Origin: a virus
Lineage: Duplodnaviria > Heunggongvirae > Uroviricota > Caudoviricetes
Reading direction: 5' to 3' (one strand)
IMG/VR virus record: IMGVR_UViG_3300020577_013140
Span: 20,381 to 84,380 of that record
DNA length: 64,000 nucleotides
Positions 9,547 to 18,734 of this stretch are shown here, piece after piece (positions within the stretch are counted from its first letter, which is position 1; each line of letters begins with the position of its first letter). The translations under genes and the position numbers were made by a program. The notes under the pieces are model-generated. The model was not told where the DNA came from, made no database searches, and was given only the letters and a program-made list of their open reading frames with translations.

Positions 9547-11652
9547 ATGAGTATCAATTTTCTAGACGAGATTTCCGGATTTATTTTCACCAACAAGTAT
9601 GCTCGTTACAACGGGCTGGTAGAACGTCGCGAAACGTGGGAAGAGTGTGTGGACCGTGTGGCCACCATGCACATCAGCAAGTTCCGCAAGAAGTTGCCCA
9701 AGGAGGACTTGGACCGCATTCGCTGGGCTTTCGAGCTGGTGAAGTCCAAGACTATCGTGCCCTCGATGCGTTCCATGCAATTCGGTGGCAAGGCTGTGAC
9801 CACACACAACGCTCGTGTCTATAACTGCGCAGTCCGCCATATCGACAGTATCCGCGCTTTTGCTGAAGTATTCTACCTGCTGCTCTGCGGCTGCGGTGTA
9901 GGTATCGGTGTCATGCCGCATTTCATTGACCGTCTTCCTTCGCTGGTAAATGCCAACGACAAGACCGGCGCCGTGCTAACTTATGTGGTCGATGATTCCA
10001 TTGAGGGTTGGGCCGACTCCATCGAGGCCCTGCTCAACTGTTATTTCCGTAATACAGCTTACACCGGTCGCAAGATCGTGTTTGATTACAGCAAGATCCG
10101 GCCTGAAGGCGCACCGCTGAAGACCTCTGGTGGCAAGGCCCCTGGTTACAAGGGGCTCAAGAACTGCCATAAGCAGATCAAGGCGTTGCTCGACCACGTC
10201 ATCGAGGATCTACAGCAAAGCCGGCTGAAGCCGATCAACGCTTACGATGTGCTCATGCACGTTTCGGATGCTGTGTTGTCTGGAGGTATCCGCCGTTCAG
10301 CCACCTGCGTGATCTTTGACGTCAACGACCAGGAGATGATGGATGCCAAGACCTACTTCAAGGTCACCAAGCACACCAAGTTCAGCTATGACGAAGACAC
10401 CAAGAAGCACTACGGCAAGGTGACAGTAAACAAGAAAGTTTACGAGGTCGAGCTGACGGACTGGGAGCACGGGCAGTTGCTCAAGGAAGGTACCGTTGGC
10501 TGGAATCACATCGAGCCTCAGCGCGGGCGTAGCAACAACAGTGTGTTGCTTCTCCGGGACAAGGTGACTCGTGAGCAGTTCAAGGCCATCGTCGAACGTA
10601 CTAAGCAGTTTGGTGAGCCAGGCTTCGTATTTGCCAACCATCCGTGGCAGATGTTCAATCCCTGCTTCGAGATCGGGTTTATTCCTGTGACCGAGGATGG
10701 CGTCTGTGGTGTGCAGTTCTGTAACCTAAGCTCTGTCAACGGTGCACAGATTACCACGCAGGCCAGCTTCCTCGAAGCAGTCGAAGCTGCGACTATCATC
10801 GGTACACTCCAGGCGTCTTACACGGACGAACTACGGTATCTCAACCAGGCAGCCAAGAAGCTAACGGAGCAGGAAGCCCTGCTCGGGGTTTCCATCACGG
10901 GGGTCATGGATAATCCTGAAGTCCTCTTGAACAAGGAGAACCAGGCGGAAGCAGCCAAGCACGCTGTTTCCATCAACGACCTGTGGGCACGTAAGCTGGG
11001 CATCAACCCTGCTGCTCGTGTCACCTGCATCAAGCCTGAAGGCACCAGCAGCCTCGTACTGCGCAGTGCCTCTGGTATCCATCCGCATCACGCTCGTCGG
11101 TATTTCCGCCGTGTGCAATGCAATAAAATGGACCCAGTGTACAAATACTTTAAGTCCATTAACCCGCACATGTGCGAGCCTGGTGTTTGGAGTGCCAATA
11201 AAACAGACGACGTAATTACGTTTCCGTTGACCGTCTCCGATCAGGCCATGGTCAAGGCAGACCTTGACGCCACCAAGCATCTGGAGATTGTTAAATCGAC
11301 CCAACAAAGCTGGGTCCTTGAAGGTGTAAACAAAGAGCACAATAACAAACCGGTGACCCACAACGTATCGTGCACGATCCTCGTGAAGGACGACGAATGG
11401 GATACGGTTATTGACTATCTCTTTGATAACCGTGAATTCTTCAGCGCCGTATCGTTGCTGCCTTTGATCGGTGACAAGCTGTACAAGCAGGCACCGCTCG
11501 AAGCCGTGACTACGCAAGCCGACGAGGAGCTATGGTCTAAGCTGGTGACCGGCTACACTCCTGTCGATTACCGTAAGTTGAAGGAGGAGGAAGACACCAC
11601 CCGAGTGCAGGAAAGTGCTGCATGTGCTGGAGGAAAATGCGAGTTGTACTAG
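9547..11652 (+). CDS. nrdJ: Ribonucleotide reductase large chain, class II (B12-dependent)-like
   Basis: 702 aa with CNLSSVN and NPCFEIGF active-site motifs. No small-subunit gene is adjacent. Start set at ATG 9547, after the dut stop. Confidence 0.7.
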   Translation: MSINFLDEISGFIFTNKYARYNGLVERRETWEECVDRVATMHISKFRKKLPKEDLDRIRWAFELVKSKTIVPSMRSMQFGGKAVTTHNARVYNCAVRHIDSIRAFAEVFYLLLCGCGVGIGVMPHFIDRLPSLVNANDKTGAVLTYVVDDSIEGWADSIEALLNCYFRNTAYTGRKIVFDYSKIRPEGAPLKTSGGKAPGYKGLKNCHKQIKALLDHVIEDLQQSRLKPINAYDVLMHVSDAVLSGGIRRSATCVIFDVNDQEMMDAKTYFKVTKHTKFSYDEDTKKHYGKVTVNKKVYEVELTDWEHGQLLKEGTVGWNHIEPQRGRSNNSVLLLRDKVTREQFKAIVERTKQFGEPGFVFANHPWQMFNPCFEIGFIPVTEDGVCGVQFCNLSSVNGAQITTQASFLEAVEAATIIGTLQASYTDELRYLNQAAKKLTEQEALLGVSITGVMDNPEVLLNKENQAEAAKHAVSINDLWARKLGINPAARVTCIKPEGTSSLVLRSASGIHPHHARRYFRRVQCNKMDPVYKYFKSINPHMCEPGVWSANKTDDVITFPLTVSDQAMVKADLDATKHLEIVKSTQQSWVLEGVNKEHNNKPVTHNVSCTILVKDDEWDTVIDYLFDNREFFSAVSLLPLIGDKLYKQAPLEAVTTQADEELWSKLVTGYTPVDYRKLKEEEDTTRVQESAACAGGKCELY

Positions 11653-11662
11653 ACAACTCATA

Positions 11663-11700
11663 GCTAAAAAAAGGCGTCCCGCAAGGGGCGCCTTTTTTGT
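11663..11700. terminator. Bidirectional intrinsic terminator between convergent genes
   Basis: AAAAAAA-GGCGTCCC-GCAA-GGGGCGCC-TTTTTT. Confidence 0.6.
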
Positions 11701-11712
11701 ACCTACTGTCGA

Positions 11713-12345
11713 TCACTTCGCAGCAGGAGGAATCGTTCCGATCACAGCTTGGTTGGAGATGCGCTTCTCGATGTCGCGGATTCGCGCCATGATAAGGTCC
11801 TCTCCTTCCTTCTGCGGAACCGTATGATTCGCGAAGGAACTCGTACCACCGAGCCACTCAGGCAAGAGACGACGGAACGTTCCGCGTTCCGCGACCTCCG
11901 CATTCCGTGCACTGGTGGCCTGGAACACTTTTCCGACGGCAGCATCAGCAGCCGTGAGATTCCGCGCAGTCGCCCACTCGGTCTGCAGGTTATTGCGTAC
12001 GGTACGGTCGACGCCCAACGCCTTGGCCTCGGCCAGCGCACGGGTCATGACGGCGACCGTCGCAGTCTGCGGGGCAGCATCCCGGAGGTTCAGGAGGTTG
12101 TAGGAGCGCTCTTCGGCGGCTTGCAACACTACGAGAGCTTCCGCCAGCTGACGCACTTCCGAGGCCGTGGAAACAGCAGAACACCGGTTGGTGTTGCTTC
12201 CGTTGAGACGGCTGGTGATCTGTTGGACGACGGCATCCTGTGCGCCTTGGATGGAGGCGATGCCGCTTGGGCCGGACTGGGCGGACGAGGTGAAGGTCAG
12301 GGCGGCGGCGATGGCCAGGCCCGCGAACAAACGAGTGATGGTCTT
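11713..12345 (-). CDS. Secreted hypothetical protein (signal peptide MKTITRLFAGLAIAAALTF)
   Basis: Start taken at the internal Met that gives a signal peptide. Confidence 0.5.
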   Translation of the reverse strand, partial: KTITRLFAGLAIAAALTFTSSAQSGPSGIASIQGAQDAVVQQITSRLNGSNTNRCSAVSTASEVRQLAEALVVLQAAEERSYNLLNLRDAAPQTATVAVMTRALAEAKALGVDRTVRNNLQTEWATARNLTAADAAVGKVFQATSARNAEVAERGTFRRLLPEWLGGTSSFANHTVPQKEGEDLIMARIRDIEKRISNQAVIGTIPPAAK

Positions 12346-12394
12346 CATGGTGATAAGTGAGTATTTGGTTTTGTTTTGAAGGGGTACGACCCCC

Positions 12395-12408
12395 ACAAGA
12401 TATTATAC
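12395..12408 (+). promoter_or_regulatory. CAAGnTATTATACC promoter-like motif (copy 1)
   Basis: caagatattatacc in the divergent intergenic region. Confidence 0.35.
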
Positions 12409-12596
12409 CTTCTAGGGGGGTGGTTATTTACCTAGGGTCCCGGGGGGCTAAAAAAAGGCAGGGAGGTGTGACCCCCCTGCCCGGCGGTGTCCCTACCGCC
12501 ATAGGCCTCACGAGCCAGCAACAATCCAATTACTCACTGCAACGCTCCCTTCCACCACTCCTCTCCAAGAGGGGTAGAAAGAAGCCAAAGTGTCTA

Positions 12597-12610
12597 CAAG
12601 TTATTATACC
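12597..12610 (+). promoter_or_regulatory. CAAGnTATTATACC promoter-like motif (copy 2), about 75 nt upstream of tmk
   Basis: caagttattatacc. Confidence 0.4.
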
Positions 12611-12683
12611 TTCATATGGAAGGATTTACACATAGGGGCGGGCCCCCTTGACAACTTTCGATGGTCTGCTACAGTTACAGCCT

Positions 12684-13307
12684 ATGACCAACGGCTTATT
12701 CATCACTCTCGAAGGAAACGAAGGCAGCGGTAAGAGCACCCAGAGCACGTTACTGCGTGACGCGCTACTCGCTCAGGGCCACATCGTCACGCTCCTCCGG
12801 GAACCTGGCTCCACCGATATCGGCACCAAGATTCGCGGCCTACTCAAGGACCCAGGTAACAAGATCTGTTCCGAGGCGGAGCTGTTTCTGTTCCAGGCAG
12901 CGCGGGCGCAGCTCGTGCACGACGTCATCGCACCAAAACTGCGCGCTGGAGAAATCATCATTGCCGATCGCTTTTATGACTCCACTTGGGTCTACCAAGG
13001 TTGGGCTCGTGGCATCAACTTGCTGGCTATCGAGTTTACCAACCGTCTAGCCACTCCCGGCGTCGAAATCAACAAGACCTTTTTTATCCGTGTCCCCCTT
13101 GATGTGTGTATGGCTCGTGTTGCCTCCCGTGGCAATACCGATCGCTTTGAGCAAGAAGGGGTAAAGCTTCTCTCCAAGATCCATGAGGGATACGAAGAGC
13201 TGAGCAAGAATTTTCCTCGTCGCGTTGAAGTTGTGGACGGTAATCGCCAAGCCACCCTTGTACACCAGGATCTTCTTGCCAAGACCCTCCGACTTATCCA
13301 GCAATAA
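12684..13307 (+). CDS. tmk: Thymidylate kinase
   Basis: MTNGLFITLEGNEGSGKST P-loop. Start at ATG 12684, not the TTG at 12648. Confidence 0.85.
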   Translation: MTNGLFITLEGNEGSGKSTQSTLLRDALLAQGHIVTLLREPGSTDIGTKIRGLLKDPGNKICSEAELFLFQAARAQLVHDVIAPKLRAGEIIIADRFYDSTWVYQGWARGINLLAIEFTNRLATPGVEINKTFFIRVPLDVCMARVASRGNTDRFEQEGVKLLSKIHEGYEELSKNFPRRVEVVDGNRQATLVHQDLLAKTLRLIQQ

Positions 13308-13308
13308 T

Positions 13309-13503
13309 ATGGAAACACTTCCTCCTCTCAATATCACATTCGTTAACGCCTACGGTGCACAACCCACAGAAACACTCAAAAAGAAGGAACAGTTGGAGCT
13401 TCCATTTACGAAGCCTTTGAGTCTTCCTGTGCACCGAAGTAAATTCCCCAAAGATAAATGGGAGCCCCTCGGTACCTTTCAGACGCCGCACATCCAGCAA
13501 TAA
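13309..13503 (+). CDS. hypothetical small protein
   Basis: 64-aa ORF between tmk and thyX. Confidence 0.3.
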   Translation: METLPPLNITFVNAYGAQPTETLKKKEQLELPFTKPLSLPVHRSKFPKDKWEPLGTFQTPHIQQ

Positions 13504-13504
13504 C

Positions 13505-14224
13505 ATGAACGACATCATCCCTGACGGTCCGCTTCAATCCGGTTTTACTATTCCCGTGCTAGACCACGGCTTTGTCCGCTACATCGACCACATGGGTACG
13601 GATACTCGTATCGTGGAGGCTGCTCGTATCAGTTATCGTTCTCCCAGCAAGGGCGCTGATGCCGACCAGAAGCTCTTGGAGTATCTCTGGAAGAACAAGC
13701 ACACCAGCCCATTCGAGATGGTAAAGGTGACGATGAACGTCAAGTTGCCCATCTTCGTGATGCGCCAGTACGTAAGGCATCGTATGCAGAACCTTAACGA
13801 GGTTAGTGCTCGATATACGGAACTACCCAAGGAGTTTTACACCCCAAGTGTCTGGCGCGTACAGGACGTGAAGAACAAGCAAGGCAGTGGGGCTGCCGAC
13901 GAGAAGCCGGCTGAATGGCACGCCCAGCTTACTGAGGACCTGGTTAAACACTGCGACGCCAGCTATGACCTTTATCAGAGCATGCTCGACCGCGGCGTGG
14001 CTCGTGAAATGGCCCGCATGGTGCTGCCTGTAAACATCTACACTGAAATCTATGCCTGCTGGGACATGAAGAATCTCTTGCACTTCATCACCCTCCGGGA
14101 CGACGGCCACGCTCAGTCGGAAATCCAGGAATACGGCAAAGCGATTAAAGCTATCTGCCGTAAGCTGTTTCCTGGCGTGATCAAGGCTTACGAGAAATAC
14201 CAGTGGAAGCTGGTGGAAAGCTGA
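13505..14224 (+). CDS. thyX: Flavin-dependent thymidylate synthase ThyX
   Basis: RHRMQNLNEVSARY matches the ThyX RHRxxxxxS signature. Confidence 0.85.
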   Translation: MNDIIPDGPLQSGFTIPVLDHGFVRYIDHMGTDTRIVEAARISYRSPSKGADADQKLLEYLWKNKHTSPFEMVKVTMNVKLPIFVMRQYVRHRMQNLNEVSARYTELPKEFYTPSVWRVQDVKNKQGSGAADEKPAEWHAQLTEDLVKHCDASYDLYQSMLDRGVAREMARMVLPVNIYTEIYACWDMKNLLHFITLRDDGHAQSEIQEYGKAIKAICRKLFPGVIKAYEKYQWKLVES

Positions 14225-14230
14225 GGTACC

Positions 14231-14470
14231 ATGCCTGAGTTCAAAGATTACAACCTACTGTACCAGCGAGTAAATATCGACGGTGGTAAACCTCAACTGC
14301 GTGTGGTACTACAGACAGCGGAATTTGGTCCAATGGAAAGCCGGATTATCGACGCTGTAGCAGATGAGGCGCTCAATGAACAACTCCTTGGCACGTTGGC
14401 TGACGATGTCATCGACGAATACGAGTTAAGACTTTCCCGACGACCTGTTGTCGTACAGGGATGGAAGTGA
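14231..14470 (+). CDS. hypothetical protein
   Basis: 79-aa acidic ORF. Confidence 0.35.
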   Translation: MPEFKDYNLLYQRVNIDGGKPQLRVVLQTAEFGPMESRIIDAVADEALNEQLLGTLADDVIDEYELRLSRRPVVVQGWK

Positions 14471-14507
14471 TGAATGTCGGGCCGAGGAGAAATCCTCGGC
14501 CTTTTTC

Positions 14508-14541
14508 ATAGCTAAAAAAAGGTGCCCCGTGAAGGGCACCT
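14508..14541 (-). terminator. Intrinsic terminator (minus strand) after the Sel1 gene
   Basis: On the minus strand: GGTGCCC-TTCACG-GGGCACC then TTTTTTTAGC. Confidence 0.55.
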
Positions 14542-14544
14542 TGA

Positions 14545-15033
14545 CTATTTCCGTGATGGCAGTTTCTTCAACAATTCATCACGGGCGGCATCCGCCACCG
14601 CACGTCCAAACAGGGTGTTACATCTGAACGGGCTATCCACCCTGCCATTCGGCGCAGTAACTTCTTCCAGCATGGTTTTCTCGTCCTTTACACCAGCGAG
14701 CTTACAAGCCCGTCGGATCCATGCCTCACCAGCGGCCTTGTCTGCCTTGAGGCCTCCTAGGCCCCAATACACTGCCACCCCATAGTCGTGGGTAGCCAAG
14801 GCGTGACCCTGCTTTAGCGCGGCCTGCAGCTTCTGAAGGCTGTCGACTTCGCTTCGGGCCACTCTCTTTCCGATCCACAAACGGCCAGCCAGGTTGTACT
14901 GACTTTGCGGATCATTCGTTGTGGGTTGGACCTGCCAGGCAGACGGACCTGCCTGACCGGTAGGATATGACTGAGCGCTTACGGATAAAATGGAAACAGC
15001 CGTAAGGATTACCAATCTGAGTAGTAGGTTCAT
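14545..15033 (-). CDS. Secreted Sel1/TPR-like repeat protein
   Basis: Signal peptide MNLLLRLVILTAVSILSVSA and a Sel1-like YGVAVYWGLGGLKADKAAGEAWIRRA repeat. Confidence 0.5.
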   Translation of the reverse strand: MNLLLRLVILTAVSILSVSAQSYPTGQAGPSAWQVQPTTNDPQSQYNLAGRLWIGKRVARSEVDSLQKLQAALKQGHALATHDYGVAVYWGLGGLKADKAAGEAWIRRACKLAGVKDEKTMLEEVTAPNGRVDSPFRCNTLFGRAVADAARDELLKKLPSRK

Positions 15034-15545
15034 AAATCCGAAGGAAGCCAGCCCTTGCGGACTGGCCTCCCGTAGGAGAGGGCGAAGGCCGCCAATAAAG
15101 ACTCCATGTTGGTCCACCAGAGCCACTGGTGGCATGGAGAAGAAAGGCTCTCCCGAAATTAACGCGACACCGGCTCGAGATCAGACGGCACAACCACCAT
15201 GCCGCGATAGATCGCACGGCCGAGGCGCCCATGGATCACGTGCCTGGCCTTCGAGGGGGAAGCCACCACGATCGTGTTGGCTCGGGGGTTCGTTCCGGCA
15301 ATCCTCGTTGGAGTTGGAGAGAAGGTTCGAGATGGAGACTTCATGTGACTTGTGTAGACTTGAGTTGTATTTGAGTAGTGTACTGGTAACCACGATGCGT
15401 TATAGGGCTAACACCCGCGGTTACATACTATACCTTAAAACGCACAATATCCGCACCCCGGGGGAGGGCTAAAAAAAGGCAGACGGTTGCTGCTGTATGT
15501 ACCCTGATATACCAAAGAACCCCCGGCGTTGCCACCGGGGGGTCT

Positions 15546-16148
15546 TCAACGTATAAACGGATCCCATTCAGGGAACCGAGGGTCGCGCCTTAACCTTACA
15601 GCCATTGGCTTGGGCTTCGGAGGTTCTAGCCTGATCCGTAGAGTCAGTCCGACTTCGTGTGCAGGACGGTCTCCCTTCTTGCGGTTATTAACGATCGCTG
15701 TTAATCCACAATTTGTCCAGTCCGTCTTGCCTCCCTTGGATTGCGCGATGTAGTGGTCCATATCGCAGTCATCCCACTTCATCTGTTCGAGCGTGTACAT
15801 ATCTTTGCCCTTCTGTCTCTCCCATAAAGCCACCTTGGTCAGGTTGGGCTCAACAAGAGGCACACGATCGTATTCCGCAAGTACAATGATGGATGGCACA
15901 CGTATGGTTTGTTTGGCTGTACTCACATGCCGGTCAGTGGGACGAACAGGCAGCGTCAACCAGTCTTCCCACTTGACCGGACCTACGATGTCATGGTTCT
16001 CGTCGACCTCCAGCGCCGTCGCCACTTTCGTAGAAGGGTCCTTGCGCCTTGGTTTGGAAAGGAGGAAAAAAGCACGCCGCACGGATATGAGCCGGAGCGG
16101 CTGCATAAGGCGATTCAACAGCAGTACTTTTTCGTCGAGAATGTTCAT
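15546..16148 (-). CDS. HNH endonuclease
   Basis: DMDHYIAQSKGGKTDWTNCGLTAIVNNRKKG. Confidence 0.55.
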   Translation of the reverse strand: MNILDEKVLLLNRLMQPLRLISVRRAFFLLSKPRRKDPSTKVATALEVDENHDIVGPVKWEDWLTLPVRPTDRHVSTAKQTIRVPSIIVLAEYDRVPLVEPNLTKVALWERQKGKDMYTLEQMKWDDCDMDHYIAQSKGGKTDWTNCGLTAIVNNRKKGDRPAHEVGLTLRIRLEPPKPKPMAVRLRRDPRFPEWDPFIR

Positions 16149-16645
16149 ATGACAACCATGTAGTTTTCGTTCAGTAGTTCCGCCAAGATTGGTCGGACTT
16201 GTGTTTCCCAGTCAAGACCTCCATTACCGCAGCCCACCTTCGGCAGGCAGATCGGCAGGATTTCTTTGGACGCCATTGTATATGATGCCATCACTTGTGG
16301 CCACCATAACGTTAAGGTTATTGCACTGGAGCGGATCAGTGATAAATCTGACGGGTTGCTCCAGTGATGCTTGGTTGGAAACGAGATGAGCCTCCCAGGA
16401 GGGTAAGCAAATGGATGGTTTCCCAGTCCGGCAACCAGGTTCCCCCAATTTTTTCGTACCTCTGGAAATCGCTCGGCCGCATCGCGTGCCAGCCCTTTAC
16501 CCATGATCAACAACCCGTCTCGATTTACAACTCCGTTAGTCGGTATGCAGATCCAGTGGCCCAGTGCATGGTAGTACCACAGGCTCCCTGATTGCGTGCG
16601 CATTGGTGATTTCCTGCCATTGTACGATAAAGGCACCACGACCAA
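16145..16645 (-). CDS. Macro-domain (ADP-ribose binding/processing)-like protein
   Basis: ICIPTNGVVNRDGLLIMGKGLARDAAERF matches a-IVNaaN..GgGV..aI. KVGCGNGGLDWETQVRPIL is the G-rich second motif. The start may be the internal Met at 16603. Confidence 0.4.
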   Translation of the reverse strand: MVVVPLSYNGRKSPMRTQSGSLWYYHALGHWICIPTNGVVNRDGLLIMGKGLARDAAERFPEVRKNWGNLVAGLGNHPFAYPPGRLISFPTKHHWSNPSDLSLIRSSAITLTLWWPQVMASYTMASKEILPICLPKVGCGNGGLDWETQVRPILAELLNENYMVVI

Positions 16646-17015
16646 GACGTCTTTGCAGAAACTTCTTGGTCGGGTCCAGGCCTTTTTCTCGCATCAACTT
16701 ATCGCGCAACGGGATGTCTGTGACTTCAGCCACGGATAGATCAATGGACTTTGTTATCCAGGTGCGCTTCATACGCTTACTCGACCGAGGTGCCCCCTGA
16801 GTCAACAAAGCGTTGGATGAATTGGACGTTAGCAAGTACCTGCCTTGCTTTTCCAAGCCCCATGGAGAACGGAAACCGTGCTCCTGGGTTTAATAGAATC
16901 GTTGGTTTGCCCTGGTACTCGCTGATCACCGGAATCGAAGACTCAGGGACAGGGGCAGGTGCAGGGGCAGAATTTTCAGGGATATCGGTGCGTGTTACGT
17001 TAGACATGATGGAAA

Positions 17016-17090
17016 TGCTCCGTACAGGACTTGAACCTGTAGCCTTCTCGTTAGGACCGAGACGCTCTAATCCAGTTGAGCTAACGGAGC
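17016..17090 (-). tRNA. tRNA-Arg(CCT)
   Basis: Cloverleaf with acceptor GCTCCGT/ACGGAGC and anticodon loop GTCCTAA. Confidence 0.7.
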
Positions 17091-17097
17091 GAAGAGG

Positions 17098-17916
17098 TTA
17101 TTGTTGGGTTGCAGCAGAAGCACTATTAAAAACTGGCGGAGCGTTGTCGAAGATTGCTTCCTCCTTGTTCACGACCTTACTAAGTTCGTAAGGCCATTCG
17201 ACTACGTCTGTCCTAAGCACCTTGCTGCCGGGTGGAGGGCGATGTTGCTCCGGGATGGCCACAAAGTCATCCGGGCATAGCTCCCGCTCGACAGTCTGCT
17301 TGCGATAGAAGGCACCGGTCTTAACCCACTTCGGGTAGTCGGCCCAGTTAATACCTTTTTGGAAAAGCATCTCCTGTTGCTCGTCGGCACTTTTACCGTG
17401 CAGCTCTTTGTTCGAATAGTGCGCTTGAGCTGCCGACGAGATGCTATTTCTTCGAGCGTCCTTCTCACGCCACAATAGTACGTTCACAGCTTCGTACTTT
17501 GTCGGAAGCTGCCAAACGCGACAATCAAACGTCGCAGGCTTCACAAGAGGCACTGACAGGCTTTTTCCGAGAAACTCGTTGAACGCCGCAGTGGCGATCG
17601 AAGCCAGTACCGAGGTCAGCTTGTACAGCTTACCATCGAAGAATATCTGTGACTTCGGATTCTCTTGATACAAGATCAAAGAGATCTCATCCGATTGCGT
17701 GTAGCCGATCACGGCCCCAGACTCACGCAGCAGTTGGTCGGTCGCGTAGACAAACGCCGCATGGAGGTCTTCATCAAAGGGTTTCTTGAACCGCTTAGTA
17801 AATGTGTGGAATGCACGCCCATCAATTCGGGCGGCGACTGGAAGCAGAGGGAGTAACGTTCGACCCGTCTCCATTGCTTCATACTCTTTCATCCGATCGC
17901 CAAATTCATCTCTCAT
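17098..17916 (-). CDS. Thg1-like protein (tRNA-His guanylyltransferase / 3'-5' polymerase family, TLP)
   Basis: ARIDGRAFHTF..KPFDEDL..VIGYTQSDEISLIL..FFDGKLYKLTSVLASIATAAFNEF aligns to human THG1L VVRLDGRNFHRF..KPNDSRAL..IVIAYGQSDEYSFVF. Confidence 0.85.
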   Translation of the reverse strand: MRDEFGDRMKEYEAMETGRTLLPLLPVAARIDGRAFHTFTKRFKKPFDEDLHAAFVYATDQLLRESGAVIGYTQSDEISLILYQENPKSQIFFDGKLYKLTSVLASIATAAFNEFLGKSLSVPLVKPATFDCRVWQLPTKYEAVNVLLWREKDARRNSISSAAQAHYSNKELHGKSADEQQEMLFQKGINWADYPKWVKTGAFYRKQTVERELCPDDFVAIPEQHRPPPGSKVLRTDVVEWPYELSKVVNKEEAIFDNAPPVFNSASAATQQ

Positions 17917-17919
17917 AAA

Positions 17920-17949
17920 GAAAAAAGCCTGCGTAAAACGCAGGCGGAA
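17920..17949 (-). terminator. Intrinsic terminator (minus strand) between the tRNA cluster and the Thg1-like gene
   Basis: AAAAAA-GCCTGCG-TAAAA-CGCAGGC. Confidence 0.45.
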
Positions 17950-17950
17950 A

Positions 17951-18053
17951 TGGTGCCCTCGGCAGGATTCGAACCTGCATACGTGCGCTTATCTAGCGCA
18001 TGCTTTCGCCCGGGAATAAGCCGGGAGCCCTAACCAGTTGAAGCTACGAGGGC
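17951..18053 (-). tRNA. Atypical 103-nt tRNA (encoded CCA; anticodon loop CTTATTC giving UAU?) with a 30-nt variable region
   Basis: GCCCTCG..CGAGGGC-A-CCA acceptor, T-arm GCAGG-TTCGAAT-CCTGC, anticodon stem CCCGG/CCGGG, extra hairpin GCATGCGC-TAGATAA-GCGCA. Confidence 0.5.
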
Positions 18054-18256
18054 TATTTAGTGCTGTTCGTCCAAACCTGAGACACAGTCGACCCATCAGG
18101 ATAGATGTAGTGTATGTGGTCAGGATCGTTCTTCGGAACTTTCACCGGCGCAGTTTTGGCTGTCGGTGTATGTTCTTTGTACGTATTGGAAGAGTTGCAG
18201 CCAACGACGATGCCTGCAGTTACGAGCAACGCGATAAAAATCTGAGGCGCTTTCAT
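18053..18256 (-). CDS. Small lipoprotein
   Basis: MKAPQIFIALLVTAGIVVGC lipobox. Confidence 0.45.
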   Translation of the reverse strand: MKAPQIFIALLVTAGIVVGCNSSNTYKEHTPTAKTAPVKVPKNDPDHIHYIYPDGSTVSQVWTNSTK

Positions 18257-18272
18257 GGCTGTAGAAGGGAAT

Positions 18273-18361
18273 TGGCGGATGGGGAGGGATTCGAACCCTC
18301 ACCGGCTTTTAACCGGGCAGCTTAGCAGGCTGCTCTAGCACTCCAACTCTAGCGCCCATCC
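18273..18361 (-). tRNA. tRNA-Ser(GCT), class II, CCA encoded
   Basis: Acceptor GGATGGG/CCCATCC, anticodon loop CTGCTAA, long variable arm. Confidence 0.7.
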
Positions 18362-18400
18362 ATAAACCAACGATGCACGCCTCATCAATAAAAGTCAATC

Positions 18401-18685
18401 TCAATTCTTAGGGAGAGGCTTGAAACGGAGGTGTAAACCTTCTTCATGCCATTTTTTGTTAATCCGAAGAAAGCCTCGGAGGTAAAAGCCTTCCTGATCC
18501 ACCCACCAGCGGGTAATCACCCCTTCGAGCTCGGTAAAATCGTGAGGCTGCCCGTCGTTCAAGACAATGTTTTTGGCGGGAGTATCAAGGTAAAAAGTAA
18601 AGGCCTGTCCATCGTTGCAGTGCAGCTCGCCTGCTAGGTTATGGACGTTGTTATCTTTGTCGCATCGCTGAAGATAAGCTTTCAT
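18401..18685 (-). CDS. hypothetical protein
   Basis: 94-aa ORF. Confidence 0.4.
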   Translation of the reverse strand: MKAYLQRCDKDNNVHNLAGELHCNDGQAFTFYLDTPAKNIVLNDGQPHDFTELEGVITRWWVDQEGFYLRGFLRINKKWHEEGLHLRFKPLPKN

Positions 18686-18734
18686 GAGAAAAATCGAGTT
18701 TTTGCTGAGTCATTAGCGGTTCATGAGTATCCAG

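Noticed and set aside
14990-15472. 160-aa plus-strand ORF and other ORFs between 15136 and 15545
   Set aside because: Arg/Pro-rich reverse-frame shadows of a GC-rich region overlapping the Sel1-like gene; no RBS or sensible composition. Left unannotated.
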